Program-made: the position numbers and the translations under genes
Notes under the pieces: model-generated
What the model was told of the DNA's origin: nothing
Databases searched by the model: none
Seen by the model: only the letters and a program-made list of their open reading frames with translations
Shown here: in pieces, positions 50,565 to 61,214 of the stretch
How the letters are laid out: each line of letters opens with the position of its first letter
Numbering within the stretch: position 1 is the stretch's first letter
Assembly: GCA_019359035.1 (NCBI GenBank)
Contig: JAHHIC010000051.1
Span: 94,146 to 158,145 of the forward strand
DNA from: Scytonematopsis contorta HA4267-MV1
Lineage (GTDB): Bacteria; Cyanobacteriota; Cyanobacteriia; Cyanobacteriales; Nostocaceae
DNA length: 64,000 nucleotides
Direction: 5' to 3'

Positions 50565-50890
50565 AGCTTTGGCGAATATAGAAATAATCATTATCAAAAA
50601 TTTCTTAAAGCATTGCAAAATAAGACTTGCTAATTTAAATTGATTAACAATAACCTAAAAATATTATCCTGAAATACCTATAAAATATACAAAATAATAA
50701 TGATTATCCCTATATTCGCCGCAAACCCTTACGAAAAATTGAATTTCACAACATTAGCCAGCCATCTCGATACCCAAGACCACAACCGTCATAATTGCTC
50801 TGATATTATCTTCATAAATTCAACGCACAACCGTCAACGCAGTATTTGCCGAGTGCGATCGCTAATCCCAAACCTAAATATTTTGCCACT
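50565..50890. repeat. ~320-bp dispersed repeat, copy B
   Basis: Matches copy A. Together they bracket the tnpB-like and HTH genes. Confidence 0.85.
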
Positions 50891-51049
50891 CTTGGTTAAA
50901 AGGGATTATTCAGTTAACCGTTCCGGTGTTCGCTAGTTGTAGAAAGCAACCGTTGAAATAGAAAATCATCTCCCCCACCTTTTATTTTATCAGGTGGTAT
51001 TCTTCGCAGTTGACCCTAGAATTCCCTTCCTTGCAAACAATCCACACAG

Positions 51050-51200
51050 ATGTAGAGATTATCATTATCATAAATTCATGAATGCATTGAGATATAACCA
51101 TTATTATTTTAAATTGATTGACAATAATCAAAAAATATAGTCCTAAAACTACCATAAAATCTACTAAATGGTAATGATTATCTCTATATTCGCGTAAAAA
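51050..51200. repeat. Partial third copy of the 5' ~150 bp of the dispersed repeat
   Basis: AATTGATTGACAATAA...AATGATTATCTCTATATTCG is shared with copies A and B. Confidence 0.75.
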
Positions 51201-51412
51201 CTGCCGATGGGATAGCTTACAGACAACTCATCAACCACAACGATAAATTTATCAAAACCCACCCTCTCCACTCTCCATAAAAATTTCTAGGAGATAAATA
51301 TAGTTCAACAACCATATCCGAAATTATACGGAAACAAATATAATCATTTCCGGAATCACTTAGGTAGAGTAAGTATCATATAGCAACGTGCTGACTGGGA
51401 AAAGGTCGTGTG

Positions 51413-53461
51413 ATGAATCAAGAAAACAAAGAAAACGCCAAAGGTCACCAAACTCAAATCAACGATAGCGGAACTGCTAATATCGTTGATAACACCAGCA
51501 CGACAAACCAGTCAGCACAAGGAACTGGCAATAACTTATCAATAAATAACAGTAAATACGACCAAAGACAAGCCAATATAGCTGGTATTGTCGATACTGC
51601 TCATAGTGGCAGCAACATACAATTTAATCAATATATTAACCAACCCCCCCGTGAACCAATAAAACCCGCAAACAAAATACCCCACCAAGGAACCTCCCAT
51701 TTCGTCGGACGAGATAACGAACTCGCACTTATCCACGAAAAATTCACCGAGCAAAACCACACAGTTGCAATTTCCGCAGTTGCAGGGATGGGTGGTGTTG
51801 GTAAAACAGAGCTAGCAGTAAAATACGCGAGAGAGCATATTAATGATTATCCTGGAGGAACTTGTTGGTTTAGCGTCCGTTCTTCTAATATTGCAACAGA
51901 AATTCTCACCTTCGCCAAAAATGACCTGCGATTAGAAATACCTCAAAAAGACATTCAAGAACAACCCCTAACGCTACAACAACAAATAGACTGGTGTTGG
52001 AGAAATTGGCAACCACCAGATGGGGTAGTATTAATAGTATTTGATGACGTTACTGATTTAGAGAATTTTGCTGATTATTTACCGAAAAATAACCGCTTCC
52101 ACGTCTTAATCACAACCAGATTGCGAGAAATTGACGCTAACATCGAGGAAATATCTTTAGATGTGCTGTCACCAGAAGAAGCCTTAAGATTATTTACTAA
52201 TATAGTTGGTGAAAAAAAGGTAAATAAAGAAGCAGAAATAGTCAAAGAAATATGTAAATGGCTAGGATATTTACCGTTAGGGATAGAATTAGTCGGGAGA
52301 TATATAACTAAAAAACCCCCTCATTTTACTTTAGCAAGAATGCTAGAGCAATTAAAGCAGCAGCGATTAGAGCAAGAAGGGATAAATCCACAGCAAAAAA
52401 CATTAAGTACAGCGCAACTTGGTGTCAAAGCAGCGTTCGAGTTAAGCTGGTTAGAATTGAACGAACAAACGCAGAAATTTGCTGCACTATTAAGCTTATT
52501 TGCGGCAGAGATTTTTGCCTGGGATTGGGTAGAGTCTATAACTCAGTCGCTAAATTGGGATGAGGATGATGTAAATAAAGCGATTGAGGAACTTTATCAA
52601 CGGCATTTGGTTAACTCTTTAGAAGAATCAGATATATTTTACTATAAAATTCATACTTTAATCCGCGATTTTTTACAAGATAAGTTAACAGTATTACCAG
52701 AAATAGACGAATTTAAAAGAGCGTTCGTGGGTACTTTTATCGAAATAGCTCAAACAATTCCTGATTCACCGATTTTAGAAGAAATAAATTCAGTAAAAAA
52801 CACAATTCCCCATTTAGCGGAAGTCGCAGAAAAATTAATTGATACAGTGAGCAATGAAGATTTAATTTGGGCTTTTCTTGGCAATGCTAGATTTTATGAT
52901 GGACAGGGTTTATATACATTAGCATCACCTTGGTACGAACAATGCGTATCTGTAGTCAAATCTCGCTTGGGAGAAAATCATCCTGGTTATATGGAATTAA
53001 AAAAAATGTCAACAACGAACAACAACAACAACAAATCTAGGACTATATAGAGACTTTACATTGTTTGCATGTAAATAAAATGCATTATAGAAAAAGCTTT
53101 ACACGATGCGGACATTGTAACTAAAGTCAAGTTACTTCCAAATGGTTCCTAAACCTTTTGTTGTTGTCGTTGTTGACATTTAGTTTATATTCCACATAAC
53201 TTAGACTATGCTACCAGCTTAAACAATTTAGCTTTTCTCTACTACTCAATCGGAAAGTATGATGAAGCAGAACCGCTTTTTCTCCAAGCTTTGGAGTTAA
53301 GAAAACGCATACTGGGAGAAAATCATTCAAATACAATAGTAGTCAAACAAAATTTAGCTATTTGCTGGGTTAAAGGACTTGAAAAAGGTTATTTCTCAAT
53401 CGAAGTACTGCGCGAAAACCCTCTTTTCATCCAAATAATTACGGAGCTATATCAACAATAA
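51413..53461 (+). pseudogene. NB-ARC (STAND) NTPase + TPR gene disrupted by a MITE insertion in the first TPR
   Basis: The P-loop reads GMGGVGKTELA, Walker B reads VLIVFDDV, and the GLPL motif reads LGYLPLGIEL. The in-frame TPR continuation LDYATSLNNLAFLYYSIGKYDEAEPLFLQALELRKRILGENHSNT resumes at 53201 in the same reading frame. Stop codons lie inside the inserted element. Confidence 0.75.
53005..53180. mobile_element. MITE-like insertion of ~175 bp with (CAA)n-rich terminal inverted repeats
   Basis: The left TIR TGTCAACAACGAACAACAACAACAACAAA (53007-53035) is the reverse complement of the right TIR TTTGTTGTTGTCGTTGTTGACA (53157-53178). The interior is AT-rich and non-coding. Confidence 0.75.
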
Positions 53462-53661
53462 AACCACAAGAGACTCGATAGGAAGAAATACGGCTTCGTT
53501 TTGTTTTACCACCAGACTTAAAAGAATTTATCGAAAGTAATGATTGGAGATTTTCCTCCCAGTACCGCATCAAATTCTCTAGATTGATTTAGGTTACCGC
53601 TCATATTTGAAGTGAAAATTTTTTGGGAAGGTGCTGGTATAATACTAAAGGTTTTCTCTTA

Positions 53662-54315
53662 TTACATCTCTTGTGATATAGAAGTAAACATATCCTTTGC
53701 GATTCTACCGCAATTATGAACAAAAGCACTATCAAATCCGGCTCCCACAGCACCTCCCGCGAATGGAACCAACTTCATTAAATTGATAATACCTTTCTCA
53801 CCAGTCTTAGTAATTAATCTAAAGCCAACCGTTTTATTAATTTCGATTAAAATTTTTCTCGGAATTTTGCTAATGAGAGACTTAGTAACTTGATTTCCTA
53901 TCTGGACACCCGCAGTTCTAACTACTTCCAATCCAGAGTCACCCAATAATGTTAGAATTACAAAAGTGCGAACCTGTTCACATTTTATATCATAGCCTCT
54001 TAATACTGCTATGGTAGCAGCAGTATTAGCTGCCAATGTATAAGATGAAGCTAAACCAACAGGAATAGAAATTGGTAACGTTGCTAAACCACCTAATCCA
54101 GTCACAAATCCCGTACCAGCAGCATAAGCAGTGTTCCATGCAATTATTGAATTTATTGCTTTTTCCTTATCATATCCACATGACTTCAAATGGTCTTCTG
54201 CAATCTTCTCTGCCGAAGACAGAACTCCAAATCCGTTAATTCCCACAGCAACTATCCAATCTAAAAGAACTTTTGCTGGGTCGTTATTATTCCCAATGTT
54301 TGAGTTTATAGTCAT
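53662..54315 (-). CDS. EcsC-family protein
   Basis: The core IAWNTAYAAGTGFVTGLGGLATLPISIPVGLASSYTLAANTAATIAVLRGY resembles the EcsC family. Confidence 0.5.
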   Translation of the reverse strand: MTINSNIGNNNDPAKVLLDWIVAVGINGFGVLSSAEKIAEDHLKSCGYDKEKAINSIIAWNTAYAAGTGFVTGLGGLATLPISIPVGLASSYTLAANTAATIAVLRGYDIKCEQVRTFVILTLLGDSGLEVVRTAGVQIGNQVTKSLISKIPRKILIEINKTVGFRLITKTGEKGIINLMKLVPFAGGAVGAGFDSAFVHNCGRIAKDMFTSISQEM

Positions 54316-54420
54316 GACTATGCTTATTTTTATTAACTTGAATTTATTATTCCCGGATTTAAACTAAAACTCTCTATAGCAATCCTAAATCATTTGTTTG
54401 TAAAAAATCATAATAGAAAG

Positions 54421-54955
54421 TGTAGTGCGGGCATCTTGCCCGCTTCCTGTACACAAATTACCGCGCTTCCTATACACAAATTACCGCTTCCTATATACAA
54501 ATTACCGCGCTTCCTATACACAAATTACCGCTTCCTATACACAAATTACAGCGCTTCCTGTACACAAATGACAGCGTTTCCTGTACACAAATGACAGCGT
54601 TTCCTGTACACAAATTACAGCGCTTCCTGTACACAAATTACAGCGTTTCCTGTACACAAATTACAGCGTTTCCTGTACACAAATTACAGCGTTTCCTGTA
54701 CACAAATTACAGCGCTTCCTGTACACAAATTACAGCGTTTCCTGTACACAAATTACAGCGCTTCCTGTACAGAAATTACCGCTTCCTGTACAGAAATTAC
54801 CGCTTCCTGTACAGAAATTACCGCGCTTCCTGTACAGAAATTACCGCGCTTCCTGTACAGAAATTACCGCTTCCTGTACAGAAATTACCGCTTCCTGTAC
54901 AGAAATTACCGCGTTTCCTGTACAGAAATTACCGCGCTTCCTGTACAGAAATTAA
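54421..54955. repeat. Minisatellite of about 24 tandem 21-23-nt units (GCGCTTCCTGTACACAAATTACA variants). It is seeded by a GTAGTGCGGGCATCTTGCCCGCTTCC hairpin element.
   Basis: Read directly. The units differ by single substitutions (T/G, C/A, C/T) and a 2-nt indel. There are no unique spacers. Confidence 0.9.
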
Positions 54956-55326
54956 ATGCGGAGCTATCGGAACATTTTAAATCTCACCGATGTAGAGAAA
55001 GGCTTCTCAACCTTTGTTTTCTTGTCCTCCTTTTCCAATATTCTTTAATAATGGTATAGTTCCTCAAACATGGACTACTTATGTAGATTTAGTCAGCGTT
55101 AATCCGGGAAATTTTCAGAATCCAATTCAGTTATCTGTAGGTAAATCCCTCATAAATATGAATATGAATATTAGTACATTAGTTGTGAAATAATCAAATA
55201 ATTAAAAATGATTTGATATCTTCATCCCAGAACAAAAACCCTCTTAAAACTTCTCCCCTTATAGGCTACAATGTACATACAAGTTGAAGTCAAGGTATTT
55301 ACTCAGACTTGTGTGTACACGGTAGA

Positions 55327-56268
55327 CTACCGAAGGACAGAACCAGCAGGACATTGAACCTTTTCTGACAATTTTGTTGGTATTTTTGGTTTAGCAGGTG
55401 TAGTAGTGCTAGGATTTGCTGTTTCGCAAATAGCAGCCATAGTAAGTTTTTCTTTTTTATTGGGAACTATATACACAACTCCGGTATAGCTTTTTAATTC
55501 TGATTTTTTTGCGCTTGCTGTCATCATCACATGTTGCTTTTGATTTCCTTGAGGAAGGATGCGGTAACTATAATTTTCGGTTTCCGATTTAATACCTATT
55601 TGTAAATCTTGGATGCTACGAGCAAATTTATTATACTCAAGAAAGTATGCTTGTTGAGCGCGTAACATTGAACCCATATAGTTTGTTGCTTCCGACTGTA
55701 CAGCTCTTTTACTTTCACGAGCAGCGTTAGTAATTTGACTGTTTCGAGGTAATTTAGTTATGTTAGAAACTTTTTCCAACAACATCGAACCAACGCTAAA
55801 TTCTGTTGGTCGAGTTGCTCCGGGAGTCAAGCCCATATATTCTATTCGTATTTTACCATCCGGTGTCATTTCCAATATTGTCTTGATATTTTCTTTATCA
55901 GAACCCAATAAGATATCTAACTGCATGGGTTTGGTACTAGTATTGATTTTGTAAGCAACTTCATAGAACATCGGTTTTTCAATAGAACTTCCTCCTCCTC
56001 CTCCAAACACACCACTAAACCAAGGTGAAGCTGAAAAAACGTATAATTTTCCTTCTGGTGTAAAGACTGCTGAGAAGTTATAAGGGAAAAAATCTTTTAA
56101 AGCCCATTGTCCGACCAACTCCGGTACTTCCCTAATGGTAGTTTCAGCAGCATTATCAGATGTTAGAGGTTTAGTACTATTTTGCGCCAGTACTGCAACG
56201 CTTAAAAACTGTGATAAGCCCAAGCAAAGGCTTGCAGTTAAAATATTTGACAGTAGCGAATGAAACAT
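55327..56268 (-). CDS. secreted protein with a C-terminal type IV pilin-like G/H-family domain
   Basis: A signal peptide is present. The C-terminal GSMLRAQQAYFLEYNKFARSIQDLQIGIKSETENYSY matches the cyanobacterial pilin-like G/H family pattern. Confidence 0.55.
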   Translation of the reverse strand: MFHSLLSNILTASLCLGLSQFLSVAVLAQNSTKPLTSDNAAETTIREVPELVGQWALKDFFPYNFSAVFTPEGKLYVFSASPWFSGVFGGGGGSSIEKPMFYEVAYKINTSTKPMQLDILLGSDKENIKTILEMTPDGKIRIEYMGLTPGATRPTEFSVGSMLLEKVSNITKLPRNSQITNAARESKRAVQSEATNYMGSMLRAQQAYFLEYNKFARSIQDLQIGIKSETENYSYRILPQGNQKQHVMMTASAKKSELKSYTGVVYIVPNKKEKLTMAAICETANPSTTTPAKPKIPTKLSEKVQCPAGSVLR

Positions 56269-56544
56269 TGAAGTCAGTTAAAACACGGCACATCGATTTT
56301 AACCTCATTTTTTTTAATTGCCATATTCAACCCCATCCCAGGGCTATATCATATCTTGTACGAACGTGATAATACTTTATTTATGAATTTTTATGACACG
56401 GTGTAGGTGATTTAGATACAGCAAATTTCAAGTTAGTGAAATATAACGATATCCATATTTGGAAGAAATAGTATTTATAAATATCTTTACACGTTCTTCA
56501 ACCTCATCATTAAAAAGAGTATGGCAGTAACCAAGTATTATTTA

Positions 56545-56871
56545 TTATCCAGTTAGAGGCTCCTCTCTTCCAACACCAAGTTCAATCAATTTAGACTTAA
56601 CATCTTGAGTCGTATTACCACAATAGTAGTAATTTTTACTCATTAAATCAACAAGATATAAACCTTCTTTACCACCATTGATTTTCAGTAATTCTCTTGC
56701 AACTTCACACATACTTGTACTATATGCAGCGAACAAATCATCTAATGATAATCGTGGTAAATTTAAGGGATTATAAAATGATTCACCTATAATAAAATGC
56801 CACTTAGTACTTTCTCGACGAACAACGCGGTAATATACAGGCGCAACAATAGAAATATCTAAATTATTCAT
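56545..56871 (-). CDS. hypothetical protein
   Basis: The 108-aa ORF has a clean ATG and no motif. Confidence 0.45.
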   Translation of the reverse strand: MNNLDISIVAPVYYRVVRRESTKWHFIIGESFYNPLNLPRLSLDDLFAAYSTSMCEVARELLKINGGKEGLYLVDLMSKNYYYCGNTTQDVKSKLIELGVGREEPLTG

Positions 56872-57478
56872 ATTAGTGTTTTAGAATAGGGTAAGAAGCA
56901 TCCCCTTAGAGCTATAGGGACTGCATGTAACTAGCTGCTAACTAGTTCTTATGTTCGCTATCGGGAGGGTCTAATTTGTTTTCTAGCTCCTCCCTTGCGG
57001 TTTCATCATCGATAACATTTGATTCACCTGTCATAACATTTTGGCGCTCCCACAAATTGCGAAACAACCGCAATAATACAACAATGGGTTCAAATATTTT
57101 TCGATTACCATTTCCATTATTACTCAGTTTTGTACCTCCTTTTTTAATCAATTATGCGTAAAGAATTTACATTCTTTACAATTTATATTATAACCCTATT
57201 GAGCATATTTTTAGCCGATACAAAATAATTAATAATAACCAATTAAAAGTTATGATTTAATTCAACAATGTCAATTAATAATTACTATATCAGTATAATT
57301 AAAATGATGACAGAACTGTTCAAACGAGTGAGGGTATTCCTCATTTGTAAAGGAGTAATTACTTTGCTTACGTAAATCAAAAATTTTTGTAACCGTATTA
57401 AAAACATTTCAAGAGAAAAAAAATCATAGAAAAGGCTACAGAAATATATCGCTATTAGTCGCAAGTTCCACAATGGCT

Positions 57479-60433
57479 TTAAGAATTCCAGACTTGATAA
57501 AAATCTAAATAAGTCATATTTTCCGCACAATGCCACAGTAATTTATAACAAAATCCAAGAGTTTCCGTGACATCATTATTTACTTCATTCTCAAAAAAAT
57601 CTCTTAAAGATATAATTACTTCTCGTAGCTGTTCAACAAGTAAAACTTCTTTTAAATTATCAGATGCGCGTTTGCGAAGTGATTTATCGGGAGATGATTT
57701 AACAATATTTAATAAAGTGTAAAAAGCCACAGAGTTTCCTGGGTCAATTTGGGCTAATTTATAAGCTTTGTTTCGACGTGTAGAGTCATCTTTAGCGAAC
57801 TCAATTCCCTTGAGTAAAGAAGAAATTTTTTGAGCTTTTAATAGTGCTGAATAAGTTTTATAAGTATTTTGTTTCGGTACAGATGTTTTGAACTTAAAAG
57901 CAGACAAATTAGAATTAGATGCAGCGGATGTCATACCGCGTAAAGTCACCAAATTATCGACTACGATTCTTTTCAAAGATGCATCGGTTGCAATTTCTGC
58001 TATTTTCTCTAATGTTGAGATTGCTAACTGGTTGCTCGTATCGATTTTCCCTAAACTATAGGCTACTTTTCGTTGTATGGATAAGTTTTTAGTTGACTTT
58101 ATAATTTCAACTAATGCAGTAACTGCTGCTTCGTTAAGAGGGTCTACTCTACCTAGATAGTGTGCTATTTGCCAACGAAAATTTTCTTGACGAGCGGTTT
58201 TTAGAATTTTTTCTAGTACTGAAATAGCAACTTGATTCTGCGGGTCAAATGATTTTCCTAAACTATAAGCTGCGTTCCAAATGTAAAATTCGTTTTCGCT
58301 TGATTGAATGAATTCTTCTAAAGCGACAATTGCTTTTGTGCGTTCGGTTTTTAGCAAAGCTACTCGCGCACTTTCGACAATTGAAACTGGATAATTGTAC
58401 CACTTATGTATTTTTTTATCAAAATAACCAAATCGCCATTTAATTAATTGTCGCACAATTACATCCGCGTTGCGACAATCGGTAAACTCGGCAATTCCTA
58501 GCGCGGCTAAAAAATAAGCTTGATATTGGTAATAACCACCACACCCGTCTTGAAAATTAATTAGCGCTTGAATAAATTCTTCCTTTTGTACTTGTGGTAT
58601 ATCATCCCTACCTAACCAGAGTAAAATTACTTCTCGCCACTGGGGTTCAAAAATACGATAAATCCCTTGAGTACAGTCATCCAGGTTATAGTGTAAAAAA
58701 TATTGCCAATCCGGAATTGCTTGTGCAGCAAAATACTCTTGAAATGTGGGATGATAAAATGCATAAACTTTTTCTCCCAGAGTTTCGGAGATACCTATTT
58801 GATTTAACCATCCAAGCTGAAGCGCTAATTGGAAAAAACCGTTATCTGGCTCACCCAAAACTTCGCAAACAAATCGATGTCTCAGACGAAATTTTGTTTT
58901 TTCCTGGGCAATTGCGAGTAAAGCCAATTCACTGAGTGCGGTATTTAGCTGTTTTCGTTGCGCGTATGTTGTTGGGAAACGGTCTTGTTTCCACTCATAA
59001 ATAGCCTCAACAAACTGCTCATAAAGCATTGCTTTGGTGTTAGGAAAACTACCTTGAGTTAATCCCCAAGTACGACATAACAGCGCTAAACGTAAGGGAT
59101 TTTTGACTGCATCCTTAATTCGTCCTCTTCCACCCTTGTCTAATTCGGTACGCAGTTTTTCTCCTAACTGTGGATTATTCTTAAACCAACGACAGATAAA
59201 TTCCCCTACTAAATCACCAGACTTTTGTAAGGTTCTGTGTGACGTGCCGTAAGAAAAACTCAGGTTACGATATGTATCAAAATTTTCTAGCGCGTTCTTT
59301 CCTGCATCCCATACGTTCAAGCGACAGGTAAGGATTATAGTGGCGTCTGCTACCCAACCTTTGAGGAAAGTCGCAAGCATTGATAGGGCTTTGGTTGACT
59401 CTATTGTCATTTCATCCACCGCGTCTAGCAGCAACCACACTCGTCCTTGGTTAAATAAAGTGGTAAATTCCATTTCCATTTCTGGAGAAATCTGTGGTTT
59501 ACGGGTAGCATTTTTTAGCCAATCTTGAATTAGGTATTCTTCTAGAGTTTTACCCTGCAAATCAGCCAAAGAGACCCAAATCGGTAGACCAGAGGTTTTT
59601 TCTAATATTCCTGCAGCAATTCTTTGCAACAGGGTAGTTTTTCCTGCACCTGGTTCTCCCAAAATAGCGAGACGTTTACTTTGTTGTTGTAACACTTGTT
59701 GGAGAAATTCATCGTTAGCAAAAGTTTGTGTTGATTCCACATCTTCAGGTTCGTACAAACGCGAACCCTCGTAGGGTGCGAAATCATTATGACGACGCTC
59801 TCTTCCTTTACGTTCTACTAAACCTAGAGGTACGTAAACCTCATCTAACTCAAAAGTTACCCCATCCATACTAGTCAGAGGGTTAGTGGTTAGTCGTTTA
59901 TGATGTTGCGCTTCTAGAGTATCGCGGCAGATGTTTTGCCATTCGGTTTGCAATTCCACATCGGGAATAGCCTCGGACTTTATAGCTTGGGACTTTAATA
60001 CTTGGGGGGAGGGGGATAATTTTGAGCTATGACGCTGTTCCCATTCTTGGTCAAATTTTTGTAGGTTGGCAAGTTGGTCATTGCGATCGCACCAAAGTTT
60101 TAGGGTAAAGTGCCAAGTTTCCGAGCCGCTGCGTGTGGGACGGTTATCTTCAAGAATTTCTAAATAATCCGCAAATCGTTTGAGTGCTTCTTTAATTTGT
60201 TCGGCGTTAAGTGGGTTGTTGGGGACGATTGTTGCTGTGAGCGTTGACAAATAACGCACTTTGGTTCGGACAACTAGTTTATTTTCTGTGTGCCAACGAG
60301 TTTGTATATGAGGACGCAAAGCATCAATAAGGGCTTCATCACAGTCTAACTCGTCATTGGCATAAGCCAACAACGCCTCAAATAAAAGGCGTGCTCGCTT
60401 TTTTGCTTGTTGACCGTAACTTGCTCTTGCCAT
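57479..60433 (-). CDS. NACHT-family STAND NTPase with an N-terminal helical domain and C-terminal HEAT repeats
   Basis: The P-loop reads ILGEPGAGKTTLL and Walker B reads VWLLLDAVDE. The C-terminal 350 aa contain repeated ...AAYSLGKI/AHYLGRV... HEAT-like units. Confidence 0.85.
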   Translation of the reverse strand: MARASYGQQAKKRARLLFEALLAYANDELDCDEALIDALRPHIQTRWHTENKLVVRTKVRYLSTLTATIVPNNPLNAEQIKEALKRFADYLEILEDNRPTRSGSETWHFTLKLWCDRNDQLANLQKFDQEWEQRHSSKLSPSPQVLKSQAIKSEAIPDVELQTEWQNICRDTLEAQHHKRLTTNPLTSMDGVTFELDEVYVPLGLVERKGRERRHNDFAPYEGSRLYEPEDVESTQTFANDEFLQQVLQQQSKRLAILGEPGAGKTTLLQRIAAGILEKTSGLPIWVSLADLQGKTLEEYLIQDWLKNATRKPQISPEMEMEFTTLFNQGRVWLLLDAVDEMTIESTKALSMLATFLKGWVADATIILTCRLNVWDAGKNALENFDTYRNLSFSYGTSHRTLQKSGDLVGEFICRWFKNNPQLGEKLRTELDKGGRGRIKDAVKNPLRLALLCRTWGLTQGSFPNTKAMLYEQFVEAIYEWKQDRFPTTYAQRKQLNTALSELALLAIAQEKTKFRLRHRFVCEVLGEPDNGFFQLALQLGWLNQIGISETLGEKVYAFYHPTFQEYFAAQAIPDWQYFLHYNLDDCTQGIYRIFEPQWREVILLWLGRDDIPQVQKEEFIQALINFQDGCGGYYQYQAYFLAALGIAEFTDCRNADVIVRQLIKWRFGYFDKKIHKWYNYPVSIVESARVALLKTERTKAIVALEEFIQSSENEFYIWNAAYSLGKSFDPQNQVAISVLEKILKTARQENFRWQIAHYLGRVDPLNEAAVTALVEIIKSTKNLSIQRKVAYSLGKIDTSNQLAISTLEKIAEIATDASLKRIVVDNLVTLRGMTSAASNSNLSAFKFKTSVPKQNTYKTYSALLKAQKISSLLKGIEFAKDDSTRRNKAYKLAQIDPGNSVAFYTLLNIVKSSPDKSLRKRASDNLKEVLLVEQLREVIISLRDFFENEVNNDVTETLGFCYKLLWHCAENMTYLDFYQVWNS

Positions 60434-60683
60434 TTTGGTTGTGAGGCCAATGCAATAAAGTGGGGGGATTCCCCTAAGTTTAACAACTTCCCCTAGGTTA
60501 TATGCCTTATTTTACAAAGTTTTCGACGGCTGAGCGTCTTTGTGGCTTGGGGGAATATCCCCTGAGTATCCTGTATTTATCGAAGGTGATTCGCGGGACT
60601 ATGGCACAACTTCCGTTCCAGTCTGTTAACTGTCAAACCCAGTTGTACCGACATTCCCCGAATAACCTTCCCTCCCGTGGGTC

Positions 60684-60712
60684 TGTAGAGACGCGATTAA
60701 TCGCGTCTCTAC
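60684..60712. repeat. Hairpin-family element TGTAGAGACGCGATTAATCGCGTCTCTAC
   Basis: Fourth copy of the palindrome family. Confidence 0.85.
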
Positions 60713-60744
60713 CGCGTGGTGGGCTGAATATAAAATTTACTTCT

Positions 60745-61125
60745 ATATTTATTATGTTGAAACTTACTTATTTGGATAATGGTTTTAATTTAGAATATCT
60801 TCACGAATCTTTAGAAAATTGGCTCAATACTAGAGTAATGCTTGCTTTGCATTCTTGTACAAATATTTATGTTGAGAATATTACTGCTTCTTTTTTAGTT
60901 AAAGCTTCCACTATTCCTTTAAGTGATTTAATTAATCTGAAACTAGAGACAAATATTGTTGAATTATGCCCCTGTGATGCTGATTTTCTAGAAGTTACTT
61001 TCAAAGGTGTTTGGTTGACTTCTAATTTAGATAAAAATTCTGGTGTTTTTGTGACAGGACTTAGTAATTATGCTGAAGTCATTTTCTCGAAATTAAACGA
61101 TAATAAACAATTCTGTTATAAATAA
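60745..61125 (+). CDS. small hypothetical protein. The start is set at the internal ATG, MLKLTYLDNG...
   Basis: The tracked ORF begins inside the palindromic repeat. The internal Met gives a 126-aa AT-rich ORF. Confidence 0.4.
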   Translation: MFIMLKLTYLDNGFNLEYLHESLENWLNTRVMLALHSCTNIYVENITASFLVKASTIPLSDLINLKLETNIVELCPCDADFLEVTFKGVWLTSNLDKNSGVFVTGLSNYAEVIFSKLNDNKQFCYK

Positions 61126-61214
61126 GAACCTAACCCCTAACCCCTTTCCTATGAGGGAAGGGGAATAAGAAAATAGTAGTTTGAAAAAAGTAATAAGTAA
61201 AAATTTAAAATTAT

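Noticed and set aside
54394-54980. Six-frame ORFs (66 aa and 129 aa) and a possible CRISPR array across the 21-23-nt tandem repeat
   Set aside because: The units abut with no unique spacers. The ORFs are translations of the repeat itself, giving periodic peptide sequence.
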